Assembly (NCBI GenBank): GCA_049516875.1
Contig: JBEKSS010000001.1
Location: forward strand, 224,001 to 288,000
Length of the DNA stretch: 64,000 nt
Direction of reading: 5' to 3'
DNA from: Candidatus Bathyarchaeia archaeon
GTDB taxonomy: Archaea; Thermoproteota; Bathyarchaeia; Bathyarchaeales; Bathycorpusculaceae
This document shows, piece after piece, positions 18,992-27,794 of the stretch. A model generated the notes under the pieces. The model was not told the DNA's origin. It did no database searches and was given only the letters and a program-made list of their open reading frames with translations. The position numbers were made by a program, and so were the translations under genes. Within the stretch, counting starts at the first letter, position 1; each line of letters starts with the position of its first letter.

Positions 18992-19107
18992 GCCGGGGTA
19001 GCCTAGCCTGGCCAGGGCGCCAGACTCATAATCTGGAGAACAATAAACGGGGCACAAAGGCGCCCAGTGTCCAGAAGTCGCGGGCTCGAATCCCGCCCCC
19101 GGCACCA
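18992..19107 (+). tRNA. tRNA-Met(CAT), elongator type, with 38-nt intron (19039-19076) at position 45/46
   Basis: GCCGGGG/CCCCGGC acceptor stem, intact CCAGA-CTCATAA-TCTGG arm, and CTGG/CCAG BHB helix. Splicing restores the AGGTC variable loop. CCA is encoded. Confidence 0.9.
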
Positions 19108-19218
19108 CTATCACGTACTTGGCACGATTGTCGTCTATGGCAATTTGATGACGGTTAAGCATTAGGTCTTGATGGCCCTCTCCGACCAAGACAGCGCGCG
19201 TTAACAGATCGAGCTGCC

Positions 19219-19803
19219 CTAGAAGTGCTGGTACGAGACCGTTTCCTCAAGCTTCTTCCTGTACGGAGCGGGAGGCTCAACGCTCGGATGACCAATCTGG
19301 ACTATCCCCGTTATCCTGTAGTTTTTCGGCACCCACAGAATACGTTTCACACTGCTCTCTTCCCTTCGACTGTAAAACGTGTACACACAACTACCCAGTC
19401 CCTCAGCCGTAGCAGCCAGCAACACGTTTTCAACAGCCATCCAAACAGACGCCAGCACCAGCTCCTCTTTCACGTCCTGCAAAAGCTCGTAGCACACCGT
19501 CATCAGAACCGGCACGTTCCTCATGTACGATTTGTCCCAAGTTCCACCCCGAGCAACCAAATACTTCGCCCGCTCAGGAGAAAAACTCCTCCAGTGCTCC
19601 CTGCTAAAACCCGTGCAAACCTCCGCTATTTTCCCTTTAACCTGAACATCAGTGACCAACACGAAGCGCCAAGGCTGACAGTTGCCAGCCGAGGGAGCCC
19701 AACGCCCAGCCTCAAGAACCCTGCCAAGCACATCCGCAGCAACAGGATCCGGCCTAAACTTCCTAATACTCCGCCGTTTCGCAGCGAGCACCATAAACTC
19801 CAT
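19219..19803 (-). CDS. Nitroreductase-family protein
   Basis: RRSIRKF, WAPSAGNCQPWRF, ENVLLAATAEGLGSC. Confidence 0.93.
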   Translation of the reverse strand: MEFMVLAAKRRSIRKFRPDPVAADVLGRVLEAGRWAPSAGNCQPWRFVLVTDVQVKGKIAEVCTGFSREHWRSFSPERAKYLVARGGTWDKSYMRNVPVLMTVCYELLQDVKEELVLASVWMAVENVLLAATAEGLGSCVYTFYSRREESSVKRILWVPKNYRITGIVQIGHPSVEPPAPYRKKLEETVSYQHF

Positions 19804-19894
19804 TCACTTGCAGCCTCCCACTCACACCATATGCAGCAACACACTTACAAAACTAACGACTAACCCGTTACCAGCGCGCACAAGAAACAAACAC

Positions 19895-20045
19895 ATCAAA
19901 ACACCCAAAACTTTTGACACTCAAAAACTAGGCAGAATTGAGTAAAAAAAGCACGGAACCAACATGCTTCAACAATGTTTTGACACTCAAAGAAATCACG
20001 GATTGAGCACTCAAACACAAGGCCTCGAAACCCAACACACAGCCA
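19895..20045 (+). repeat. 151-bp structured dispersed repeat, copy A
   Basis: Ungapped match (18 mismatches by hand count) to the reverse complement of 26273-26423. Confidence 0.9.
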
Positions 20046-20145
20046 ACTCAGGCATGCAGTCGGCCCAATTGCAATAGCCTAAAAACGCGCCCAACATGAT
20101 TTCTTTGAGAATTCAGCTTCGCAATGATTCTTTCAGCGCAGCCCT

Positions 20146-21303
20146 TCAGGTTTCCTTAGATATGGACGTTGCGTTTCTCGTCGACAACTCAAGCTGGTCC
20201 CCGAAGCCCCTTTTAACATAGGCGTTCTTGATGACGATTCTGTCGCCCACCTTCAAGTCCTTCACAGAATCCACATGGCCTCGCCACGCTGAAACCCACA
20301 TCCTGCCCGTTTCATCCATCAACTCGAAAGTAGCCAACTTCAAAACCTCCTGCCTCGACGTTTTCACGTCCCTAACCATCGACCCAGTAACAACCTCTCC
20401 CACAACGTTAACACCTTCCAAACCCTCCTTCAAACCCGCCAACGGCAAAAACTCCGAAAAAGCCTGAACCCCAACATAAGTTGCTCCGTCAACGTGAACC
20501 TCCAGTTCTCCACCCGCCGCTCTCTTGACCTTCGCGTTCACCACCTCCAACCCCGCGCCCACCTTAAGCAACCCTTCAAACTCGTCAACCTTCTCGTTCC
20601 AAACCACAACCGAAGCTTCCCCCGTGCCATCAGACAAAACAAACCGCATAACCTTCCCAGAACTCGAATCCGACCGCTCAAACTGCGACACCGAACCCAA
20701 CCGTTTAACAGTGCCAGCCACATTCACCCTACCGCCCTTCTGAACACGCGGCAACTCACCGATTCTCGTCGTAAACTTGCCAATCGAAGGATAATCCTTC
20801 GACCTCACGTCCGCCGGGTTAACCTCAACAGTGCACTTCTCTCCAGCGTGCACCTCGACCCTGCCACCATAATCCTCACGAGTGTACACGTGCCGCAAAC
20901 GAATCACCTCTCCAACATTCACCCCGCCAGACTCTGTCAAACCCGCCTTGTCGTTCCACAGCACCACCCGCAGGACACCACTCTCATCGACGATGAGCAA
21001 GCCTGCAAACCTCCCCCGCCTGCTCCCGTTAAAAGCTCTCGGAGAAAACACGGCAACAACTCGCCCGACCACGCTGATGCCATTCAGCCCAGGAATCAAA
21101 CCCCCCAGCAACAGAGCAGGCGCCACAGCCTCACCGTTCACAACCTCACAGCCAAACCCCGCCGCAACCATCCGCAGAAGAGTCTCATCAGCAATCAAGC
21201 CGCCAGCCCTTCTCCTCTCCGCCTCCAGCCTCTCCAGAACGGATTCCTTCGAAACCCCAGGACAACACGAAAGAATACGCTCGACCATCTCTTCAAACGT
21301 CAT
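20146..21303 (-). CDS. rpa: Replication protein A / multi-OB-fold ssDNA-binding protein
   Basis: Three OB folds (DESGVLRVVLWNDKA, DGTGEASVVVWNE, DETGRMWVSAWR). Confidence 0.88.
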   Translation of the reverse strand: MTFEEMVERILSCCPGVSKESVLERLEAERRRAGGLIADETLLRMVAAGFGCEVVNGEAVAPALLLGGLIPGLNGISVVGRVVAVFSPRAFNGSRRGRFAGLLIVDESGVLRVVLWNDKAGLTESGGVNVGEVIRLRHVYTREDYGGRVEVHAGEKCTVEVNPADVRSKDYPSIGKFTTRIGELPRVQKGGRVNVAGTVKRLGSVSQFERSDSSSGKVMRFVLSDGTGEASVVVWNEKVDEFEGLLKVGAGLEVVNAKVKRAAGGELEVHVDGATYVGVQAFSEFLPLAGLKEGLEGVNVVGEVVTGSMVRDVKTSRQEVLKLATFELMDETGRMWVSAWRGHVDSVKDLKVGDRIVIKNAYVKRGFGDQLELSTRNATSISKET

Positions 21304-21396
21304 CTCAACCTCAACAACACTGCAAAAGTGAAACGGCTCGCGCTATAAAGCTTATTAAAAGCCGCCGGCGACTCTAAACATTTGAAGGAGCAAAAA

Positions 21397-21660
21397 ATGG
21401 ACACACAGACACTATACAGCCTAGGCACGACGCTAGCCTTCGCCGGAATTCTAATCATCATAGTCGCAACCGCACTCATCGTCCTGTCAAAAAACAGAAA
21501 GAAAGGAAACGTCAAAGGGGCCGGAGCAATAATAATCGGGCCAATCCCGATAGTCTTCGGCACAGACAAAGAATCGCTAAAAACGGTCCTGCTGCTCTCA
21601 ATCGGGCTCACAGCACTCCTGATAATACTAATCCTAGTGCTCCACTTCTTATCCAGATAA
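21397..21660 (+). CDS. DUF131 (TIGR00304) small membrane protein
   Basis: GAGAIIIGPIPIVFGTD. Confidence 0.88.
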   Translation: MDTQTLYSLGTTLAFAGILIIIVATALIVLSKNRKKGNVKGAGAIIIGPIPIVFGTDKESLKTVLLLSIGLTALLIILILVLHFLSR

Positions 21661-21677
21661 ACGAGGAAAACACGACA

Positions 21678-21983
21678 ATGGCAACGCACCAAACAGCCAA
21701 ACCCGGCAAATACGAACCTGACACACCGCCAAAGTTCCTAACCCTGCTCATCCTCGAGTTCTCATTAATGATCCTCGGCCTAATACTCGTCACAGTCGCC
21801 ACCGCGCTTTCACAGGACGGCTCAACAAGCTTCGGCGGAATCATCTTCATCGGCCCCCTCCCAATCGTCTTCGGCGCCGGTCCGGGAGCACAGTGGCTGA
21901 TTCTTTTCGCCGCAATCCTGACAGTTCTAAGCGTCATCACTTTTCTAGCATTGCGCAGAAAACCGGACAACACAAAGGTCTAA
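21678..21983 (+). CDS. DUF131 small membrane protein (paralogue)
   Basis: FGGIIFIGPLPIVFGAG. Confidence 0.85.
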   Translation: MATHQTAKPGKYEPDTPPKFLTLLILEFSLMILGLILVTVATALSQDGSTSFGGIIFIGPLPIVFGAGPGAQWLILFAAILTVLSVITFLALRRKPDNTKV

Positions 21984-22139
21984 GATTCTTCCTTTTCCTC
22001 TTTACCATAAAACACGTACAGAAATATCAGAGCCAACGCGATAAACGTCGCAGCCATCATCACAAACTTGAGTAGTGTAAAGTACTCTCCCAGTTCCATT
22101 GGAACAGTCTCCTTTCACACTCTATTCGAGTTTAAATAT

Positions 22140-22568
22140 TTAAACAGTAGCTTTTTTCCACTCGTTCATGAGCGAATCGTAAAGCTCATCATGCTCCTCT
22201 ATGCCTTCATACCAGCCCAAAGCCTTAGCCAGCTTCTGCGCAATCAGATGATAGCACAAGTGAACCTTCTTGTCCACAACTCGAAAATAAAAGTCATCAC
22301 ACGTGCAGAACTCAGCCTCAGGCATTATCAGGTAATCCCGCTCCTTCCCAACAACTATCCAAACGATCCTGCCACTCGGCCTGAAAACATACCTCTTCAC
22401 CCGATTCTCCTTCAAAGCCTCAAAAGCCCTCGTGAAACGCTGCCAAAAGACCTCATAAAGCCTCGTCAAATCCTTACCGGTCAGTCTACCCTCTGCCTTT
22501 GCTCCTTTGCACACAGCGTTTAACAGTTCATTCTCAGATTCTTCGTCCATAACACGCAAACTACCCAA
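22140..22568 (-). CDS. SWIM zinc-finger protein
   Basis: FCTCDDF...LCYHLIA. Confidence 0.85.
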   Translation of the reverse strand: MGSLRVMDEESENELLNAVCKGAKAEGRLTGKDLTRLYEVFWQRFTRAFEALKENRVKRYVFRPSGRIVWIVVGKERDYLIMPEAEFCTCDDFYFRVVDKKVHLCYHLIAQKLAKALGWYEGIEEHDELYDSLMNEWKKATV

Positions 22569-22593
22569 TCAGCAACGTCAAAGAAAGACGAGG

Positions 22594-23202
22594 CTACTCT
22601 ATGCTTATGGGTTCGCCCCTAGGCGGTTTTCCATCTTTTGCTCTTGGCAAGGTGACCTCCAGCACACCGTTCTTGTACTGCGACTTTGCCTCTCTCACCC
22701 TGACTTTCCCAGGCAAAGAGACCTCCTTGAAGTACTTGCGCTGAGGGGTGTCCACCATTATGGTCAAAGTGTCCTCGGTTCCGCTCAGCTTTATGTCCTC
22801 CTTCTCAACGCCTGGCAGTTCAGCCACAACCTGGATTTCACCGTTCATCTCAACTATGTCCACCAGAGGCTCACGCTCCTCCTGCACGTGGGGAAGTCCG
22901 TTTCGCCTCGGCTTGACGTTTCCAAACTCGCGGATTTTAGGCTTCCCGTCAGGACCCACTTTCATACTGTAGCCGTACACGAAAGGCCCAAACTCGCGCG
23001 CTGTCGAACCGTCCGGCAGTCTACGCTCCCTCACGTAGTCTTTGGGAACTCGGGAAGCGAAATCTCTGAACTCTTCTTCCATCATCTTCTCCATCTCTTC
23101 GAAAATCTTGTCAACATCATCAAAGCCCCAGTCTCTGAAGAAGGGAGATCGCCTCTTCCTGTACCACTCTGGATCATCCTCCGAAGGCATCGCATCCATC
23201 AC
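22594..23202 (-). CDS. hsp20: Archaeal small heat-shock protein Hsp20
   Basis: FGPFVYGYS, REPLVDI, VAELPGVEKEDI, YKNGVLEV. Confidence 0.95.
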   Translation of the reverse strand: MMDAMPSEDDPEWYRKRRSPFFRDWGFDDVDKIFEEMEKMMEEEFRDFASRVPKDYVRERRLPDGSTAREFGPFVYGYSMKVGPDGKPKIREFGNVKPRRNGLPHVQEEREPLVDIVEMNGEIQVVAELPGVEKEDIKLSGTEDTLTIMVDTPQRKYFKEVSLPGKVRVREAKSQYKNGVLEVTLPRAKDGKPPRGEPISIE

Positions 23203-23256
23203 CCTTGCCTAAAATGAACAACGCGTTTGTCTATAAATGTTGTGCGGCACGGGCGC

Positions 23257-24102
23257 TCAGCTCAAGATTCTAAGCTGCTCGATGGTCCCAAGCAGAGTCC
23301 CGTCAAGTAGATAAGCCTCAGCCGTCCTCATGTCAACGGCCTCCGACCTCAGAACCGGTCCCGTCACCATCTCAGCCCTGGAACTGCCGGTTGACCTCCT
23401 CTCGTTTAACGGTTTCCCCCCTAAAAAATCGTTAAAGGAAGGCATTATGAAGAGCTGCGAGGCCCGTGGCTTCATCCCGTAATGCTCATAAAAAGTCTCC
23501 TCAGCACTTCCTTCAATCTTTACTCTGTGTTTCCGCAGCAAAACCTCGGAAAGCTTGCTCCCATCACAGCCTGCCTTCACCCAAACCTGCCTCGTCACCC
23601 TGAACCCCGCGGGGTCACGAAACACGACCACGGGGTGAACGTGTCCCATCACCAACGTCTTGCATTTCAGAAGGGCTGGCGAAGGCCACTGATGCCCGTG
23701 GAAAAAGCCCACATCATCAAAAGCCACGCCTGTTCCCGGCAGAACACTTATTCCCTCGGGCAACAGCGGCTCAAGGTTTCCGTCATGATTACCACGAATT
23801 ATGAATACTTGTTGCACACGCTTCTTCAACGCGCTGAAGAAGTCAGGGATGTCGCGCCACTCCATCGCCTCCGCCTTGGCAACCGTGTGCTTCACATCGC
23901 CCAACACGAGGAGTTCATCCGCCTTGTATTCTGACAAGAGATCCATGAGTCTGTTCAGAAGCTTGGGCGTTTGTGTTGGAACGTGTATGCCCTTACCTGA
24001 AAGAGACATCTCCCACCCTATGTGCAGGTCGGCTACGGCCATAAGCCGAGTCCCACGCGATTTCAGAAGCGCGGCTGGAAAAGGTGGCAGCGGCGTTATC
24101 AT
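23257..24102 (-). CDS. Calcineurin-like metallophosphoesterase
   Basis: ADLHIG, LGDVKH, GNHDG, HGH, GHVHP, MPSFN. Confidence 0.92.
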   Translation of the reverse strand: MITPLPPFPAALLKSRGTRLMAVADLHIGWEMSLSGKGIHVPTQTPKLLNRLMDLLSEYKADELLVLGDVKHTVAKAEAMEWRDIPDFFSALKKRVQQVFIIRGNHDGNLEPLLPEGISVLPGTGVAFDDVGFFHGHQWPSPALLKCKTLVMGHVHPVVVFRDPAGFRVTRQVWVKAGCDGSKLSEVLLRKHRVKIEGSAEETFYEHYGMKPRASQLFIMPSFNDFLGGKPLNERRSTGSSRAEMVTGPVLRSEAVDMRTAEAYLLDGTLLGTIEQLRILS

Positions 24103-24956
24103 TCTTTTTCCTTTCCAGACTTCACCAAACCGAGTATAGACCTGTGCATTTCAGCGTTAGCGGCGGCTATAAACTCCACCTTCTGCCCGGGATCGAGCTT
24201 CACATCTAACGGTTTCCCATCTGGCATCGTTAGCATCGCGCCCGCCTCCTCAACAATCAGGCAAGCAGCCGCAACATCCGTGGCGCGCAACTTTCCACGA
24301 ATGTCAACGAAGGCGTCGGTTGTCCCATCCGCCACGTAACACAGTTCCAGCGCGTTAGCCCCGAAGTGCCGTATGTGCCTCGTCTTCTTGATCAACCTTG
24401 TCAGTCTGGAAGCGATTCTCTCCACCTTGTAGCTGTTCAAGTCCACTCCTATGACCGCCTCTTCAAGCGAGACGTTGTCGGAAGGAGAGATCCTTCGATT
24501 GTCACGAAGGGAACCCCTAGCCTTCTGCGCTGTGTACGTTACACCGTGGAATAAGTCTGCCACCAAAGCTGAGTGTGCATCCTTCAAAAATGGTTTCTCG
24601 GACACTGCAATTGAAGTTGCGTAGAAGGGAACCCTCCTCATCAAGTTTGTCGTGCCGTCTATCGGGTCAACCGTCACGTAACATTCTTGAGGGCGTTCCC
24701 CGTATTTTCGCACGCCGGATTCCTCGCTTATCAACGTGAAAGAAACTCCCCGCCTCGTCAACGTGCCGACTACAGCGTTTTCAGCCGCCAAATCTATCTT
24801 TCTTATTGGATCGCCGCCTGCTCCGATGCCCAAGTCTGGCTGAGGCTGATCCAGCGTTTCAAGCAGTGGAGCGATTTGCTCCTGTATCTTGTTCTTACAC
24901 TGCACCAGTATCTCCAGCCAGCTATTCTGCCTCATCAAAGCTCTCCGTCCTTCCAT
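24099..24956 (-). CDS. Inositol monophosphatase / FBPase (SuhB-like)
   Basis: IDLAAE, ISEESG, VDPIDGTTN, GANALE, DVAAA. Confidence 0.92.
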   Translation of the reverse strand: MEGRRALMRQNSWLEILVQCKNKIQEQIAPLLETLDQPQPDLGIGAGGDPIRKIDLAAENAVVGTLTRRGVSFTLISEESGVRKYGERPQECYVTVDPIDGTTNLMRRVPFYATSIAVSEKPFLKDAHSALVADLFHGVTYTAQKARGSLRDNRRISPSDNVSLEEAVIGVDLNSYKVERIASRLTRLIKKTRHIRHFGANALELCYVADGTTDAFVDIRGKLRATDVAAACLIVEEAGAMLTMPDGKPLDVKLDPGQKVEFIAAANAEMHRSILGLVKSGKEKE

Positions 24957-25140
24957 ACGACTGCTCTCGTTAAAGCCTTTGCTGAAGACGACGGCAGCAC
25001 GGGAAAATTGAACTGAAAAACCTCGTCCTAAGCCGCGGTTGACGTGCACTAGAAAAGAATATTCTAGAAAAGAGTTCTCTAACATAACATCAGAAAGTCT
25101 TTAAACGCATGTGCACAATCAGCATCTGCTGGATCTGTCG

Positions 25141-25359
25141 ATGGCTTTCAAGATTGCGGGAGTACTGGAGATGCTGAGCGATGGAAAATGGCACACGTTG
25201 CAGGGAATTCGAAGGAAAACGAGCTTGAACAGTGGTCAGGTCCAGCAGGTTGTTGGGTTTCTGAAGGAGTACGAGTTCGTGACAATCGATGAGACAGGAA
25301 AGAAGATAAGAATCGAAGAAGCTGTTAGAAAATTCCTGACTCAAGAGACTACTTCATGA
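25141..25359 (+). CDS. Small winged-helix protein
   Basis: LSDGKWHTLQGI...FLKEYEFVTID. Confidence 0.65.
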   Translation: MAFKIAGVLEMLSDGKWHTLQGIRRKTSLNSGQVQQVVGFLKEYEFVTIDETGKKIRIEEAVRKFLTQETTS

Positions 25360-25642
25360 GGGCTTTCAAACCCCTGTACGCCTTTAGAAATTCTCTGCCT
25401 TTTTCAGTGACCTCGAAAGTGTCGGACTCAGACCTGTTTGCATGGCCGTTCAGGTGCAGCAATCCATTCCCAAGCAGAAAACTTGAATAACTCTTCAACT
25501 GTTTAAAACTCAAGTTGCACCGGTACATCAGATAAGTCTTTTTAACCCCGCCATAGGAAGCATCCAAAATATCTGCGATGATGTCAAAATTGCCACGATG
25601 GTTATTGCTTATGCTTCCTTCAGGCTCGATCAATAAACCCAC
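25349..25642 (-). CDS. Archaeal winged-helix regulator (HTH_45-like)
   Basis: DIIADIL...KKTYLMYRCNLSFKQL...VTEKGREFL. Confidence 0.85.
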   Translation of the reverse strand: MGLLIEPEGSISNNHRGNFDIIADILDASYGGVKKTYLMYRCNLSFKQLKSYSSFLLGNGLLHLNGHANRSESDTFEVTEKGREFLKAYRGLKALMK

Positions 25643-25943
25643 GACCGTAGACTGTTTACAGGGCCAGTGGAAACTTCTTTCTCCCAGATAATATACAGAG
25701 AACGGAAATTTAAACGTTCTGAAAAATGGAAAATCATAAAAAATGGCTAGAATGGATACGGGTGGAGAGAAAAAGACGTTTATTGTCTGAAAAAGGATCT
25801 GCAGTTGCCCGTTCTCTTGCGTCTGACTATACTGATAACCATGCCAAAAGCTGCAATAGCAGTTGCGTAGTAGGCGAGCGGAGGGCTGGCAGGCGTTTTC
25901 GCGAAGGAAACGGAGTAACCTCCTACTGGTCGAGGGCGCACGC

Positions 25944-26118
25944 TTCGCGTCCGCCCATTCTCCGAACGAAATGGGTCTGTTGATGACAGGGACGGTGCCA
26001 GCCCATTTGCTGTCTATGGGGGTTCCAGTGTGAGCGGAGCAGATTGAAGCTTCAAAACTGGGAGGAAGAGGATAATCAGCGTTACTGCGAGAAACACAGT
26101 TGCTGCTACCCTCTTCAT
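25944..26118 (-). pseudogene. 5' remnant of a secreted CBM9/DOMON-like protein
   Basis: Signal peptide MKRVAATVFLAVTLIILFLP, then a frameshift to TPIDSKWAGTVPVINRPISFGEWADAK. Ends at GCGCACGC 25936-25943. Confidence 0.45.
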
Positions 26119-26272
26119 GGTCTTACCCTTCTCCTCCCCGTGATTTTGTAAGTGTCATGCGCCAGCTTTTAAGAATTGTGGAATTAAGTTCTATCTGACG
26201 TACAACAGTTCAGAAATCAAATTACGATGCACCTGTGGATGGGCGGCCTCCATTTTCCCATGATTGGCGCGC

Positions 26273-26423
26273 TGGCTACATGTTGGAATTCGAGACCTTG
26301 TGTTTGAGTACTCAATCCGTGATTTCTTTGAGTGCCAAAACATTGTTGAACAATGTTGGTTCAGCGCTTTTTTTACTCAATTCCGCGAGGCTTTTGAGTG
26401 CCAAAAGTTTTGGGTGTTTTGAT
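26273..26423 (-). repeat. 151-bp structured dispersed repeat, copy B (inverted)
   Basis: Reverse-complement match to 19895-20045, abutting GCGCGC 26267-26272. Confidence 0.9.
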
Positions 26424-26599
26424 TTTTCTTGAGGTCTCTGTTTTGCTGGTTTCTTCCGTTAGAGAGTGGGTTTTGGAGTGGGTTCTGGTTGGGTGGCGAG
26501 GTGGTGTGTAGGTTGCGCTTCAGGATGGTTTTGCCCTGCTGTTTTTATGTTTGAAGGATCTGTGTATTCAGTCAGAGTCGGGTTGGGTGGGGTTTTCAG

Positions 26600-26894
26600 G
26601 TGCTTGAGTATCTTGTTGTTATGTTGGTCTTTGCGCTTCCTTTCGTTTTGTTTGCTCTGCACAAGAGGCGGTTTTCCGCGCTGGGTTTGGCAGCTGTCAC
26701 GGGTCTGACTATAAGTGTGCTGTGGGACTTGATTTCCGCTGTTCTTTCCACATGTGGTTGTGGAATGCAGACATCCTTCTTTGTGTGATGATAGGCCGTT
26801 GCCGCTTGAAGAATACCTGTTCATGGTGCTGGTTCCGATGATGCTTGTAGGAGCGGCGCTAATCTTCAATCTCTATGAGCCTGCCCCAAGATGA
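26600..26894 (+). pseudogene. Lycopene-cyclase-domain membrane protein, frameshifted
   Basis: ..SVLWDLISA.. then, in shifted frames, HMWLWN and PLPLEEYLFMVLVP (CrtYc/d-type PxEE motif). Confidence 0.65.
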
Positions 26895-26996
26895 ACACTT
26901 TGAAGACTTGCGGATTTGAACAAATCGCATGTGCCGCGAAATGTTTCTCTTCGATTGAAAATTCAAGGTTGGCTCAAGAACTGACTGAAACCACGT

Positions 26997-27665
26997 CTAG
27001 GATAATTTAGATATCTTTATGACTTTGAAGACTTCGCAGTACTTGCCTTTTCCTGTCATGGTTCCTCGGTATCTCGCGAGGCCTTTGAAAGCTTCATCGT
27101 ATGGGTTCATCTTGATCTGTGATTCGTGCTTCCTCAAGGCAGCAACTTTTTTGTCGATGAATTCCGAGATGTCTTCAACATACTCGAAATCTGAGAGCGG
27201 CGTCCAGACTTCATAGGCCAACACGGTCTCGGCAGACCAAGGAGACCCTTTGTACTCCTGAAACAGAGGAACACTAGCCCTTCCCAATGATTCATTCACA
27301 AGCTGGAAAGTCGCTCTGTGATCCTGATGAGCATCAGACGGATGATGAACATAGATTATGTTCGGTTGTTTCTTCCTAATCAGTTCCACCAGCTTTTTCA
27401 AGCTGCCCTGATCGTATTCCAAGTGGCCGTCGGGTTTTTTTAGGTATGTCAAATCTTGAAAACCAATTGCTTGAGCGGCGTTTCTAGCTTCTTCTTCTCT
27501 TATTCTTGCCAATTCCGCTTTGGAGTAGTCTAGACTGCCAGCCTCTCCAGAGGTCATGTAACAGGCTGAGACCCGATTTCCTAGTTTTACGTGCTTTGCT
27601 AAACTGCCGCCACATCCGATAATGTCGTCATCAGGATGTGCTGCAAAAACAAGTATACGCTTCAT
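26997..27665 (-). CDS. PIG-L/LmbE-family N-acetylsugar deacetylase
   Basis: AAHPDDD, TSGEAG, REEEA, HQDH, HESQ. Confidence 0.93.
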   Translation of the reverse strand: MKRILVFAAHPDDDIIGCGGSLAKHVKLGNRVSACYMTSGEAGSLDYSKAELARIREEEARNAAQAIGFQDLTYLKKPDGHLEYDQGSLKKLVELIRKKQPNIIYVHHPSDAHQDHRATFQLVNESLGRASVPLFQEYKGSPWSAETVLAYEVWTPLSDFEYVEDISEFIDKKVAALRKHESQIKMNPYDEAFKGLARYRGTMTGKGKYCEVFKVIKISKLS

Positions 27666-27794
27666 AATAAACTTGCCTTAGCTGCCATTTCTATTAAATA
27701 TTTGCCCCTCCGTTGCCGATTTTACCTGAAAGCCGCGTCCGAATCATAAGCTCGCCACCAGCCGTGCACGTTTCATAAAGGATCCGAGTTAGAC

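Noticed and set aside
19225-23217. Long antisense ORFs (19225-19863, 20494-21348, 22507-23217)
   Set aside because: They are shadows of well-supported minus-strand genes. The C/A-rich plus strand depletes stop codons.
19895-26423. Calling a replication origin from the skew switch
   Set aside because: No recognisable ORB G-string motif and no cdc6/orc1 gene in the window. Kept only as an open hypothesis.
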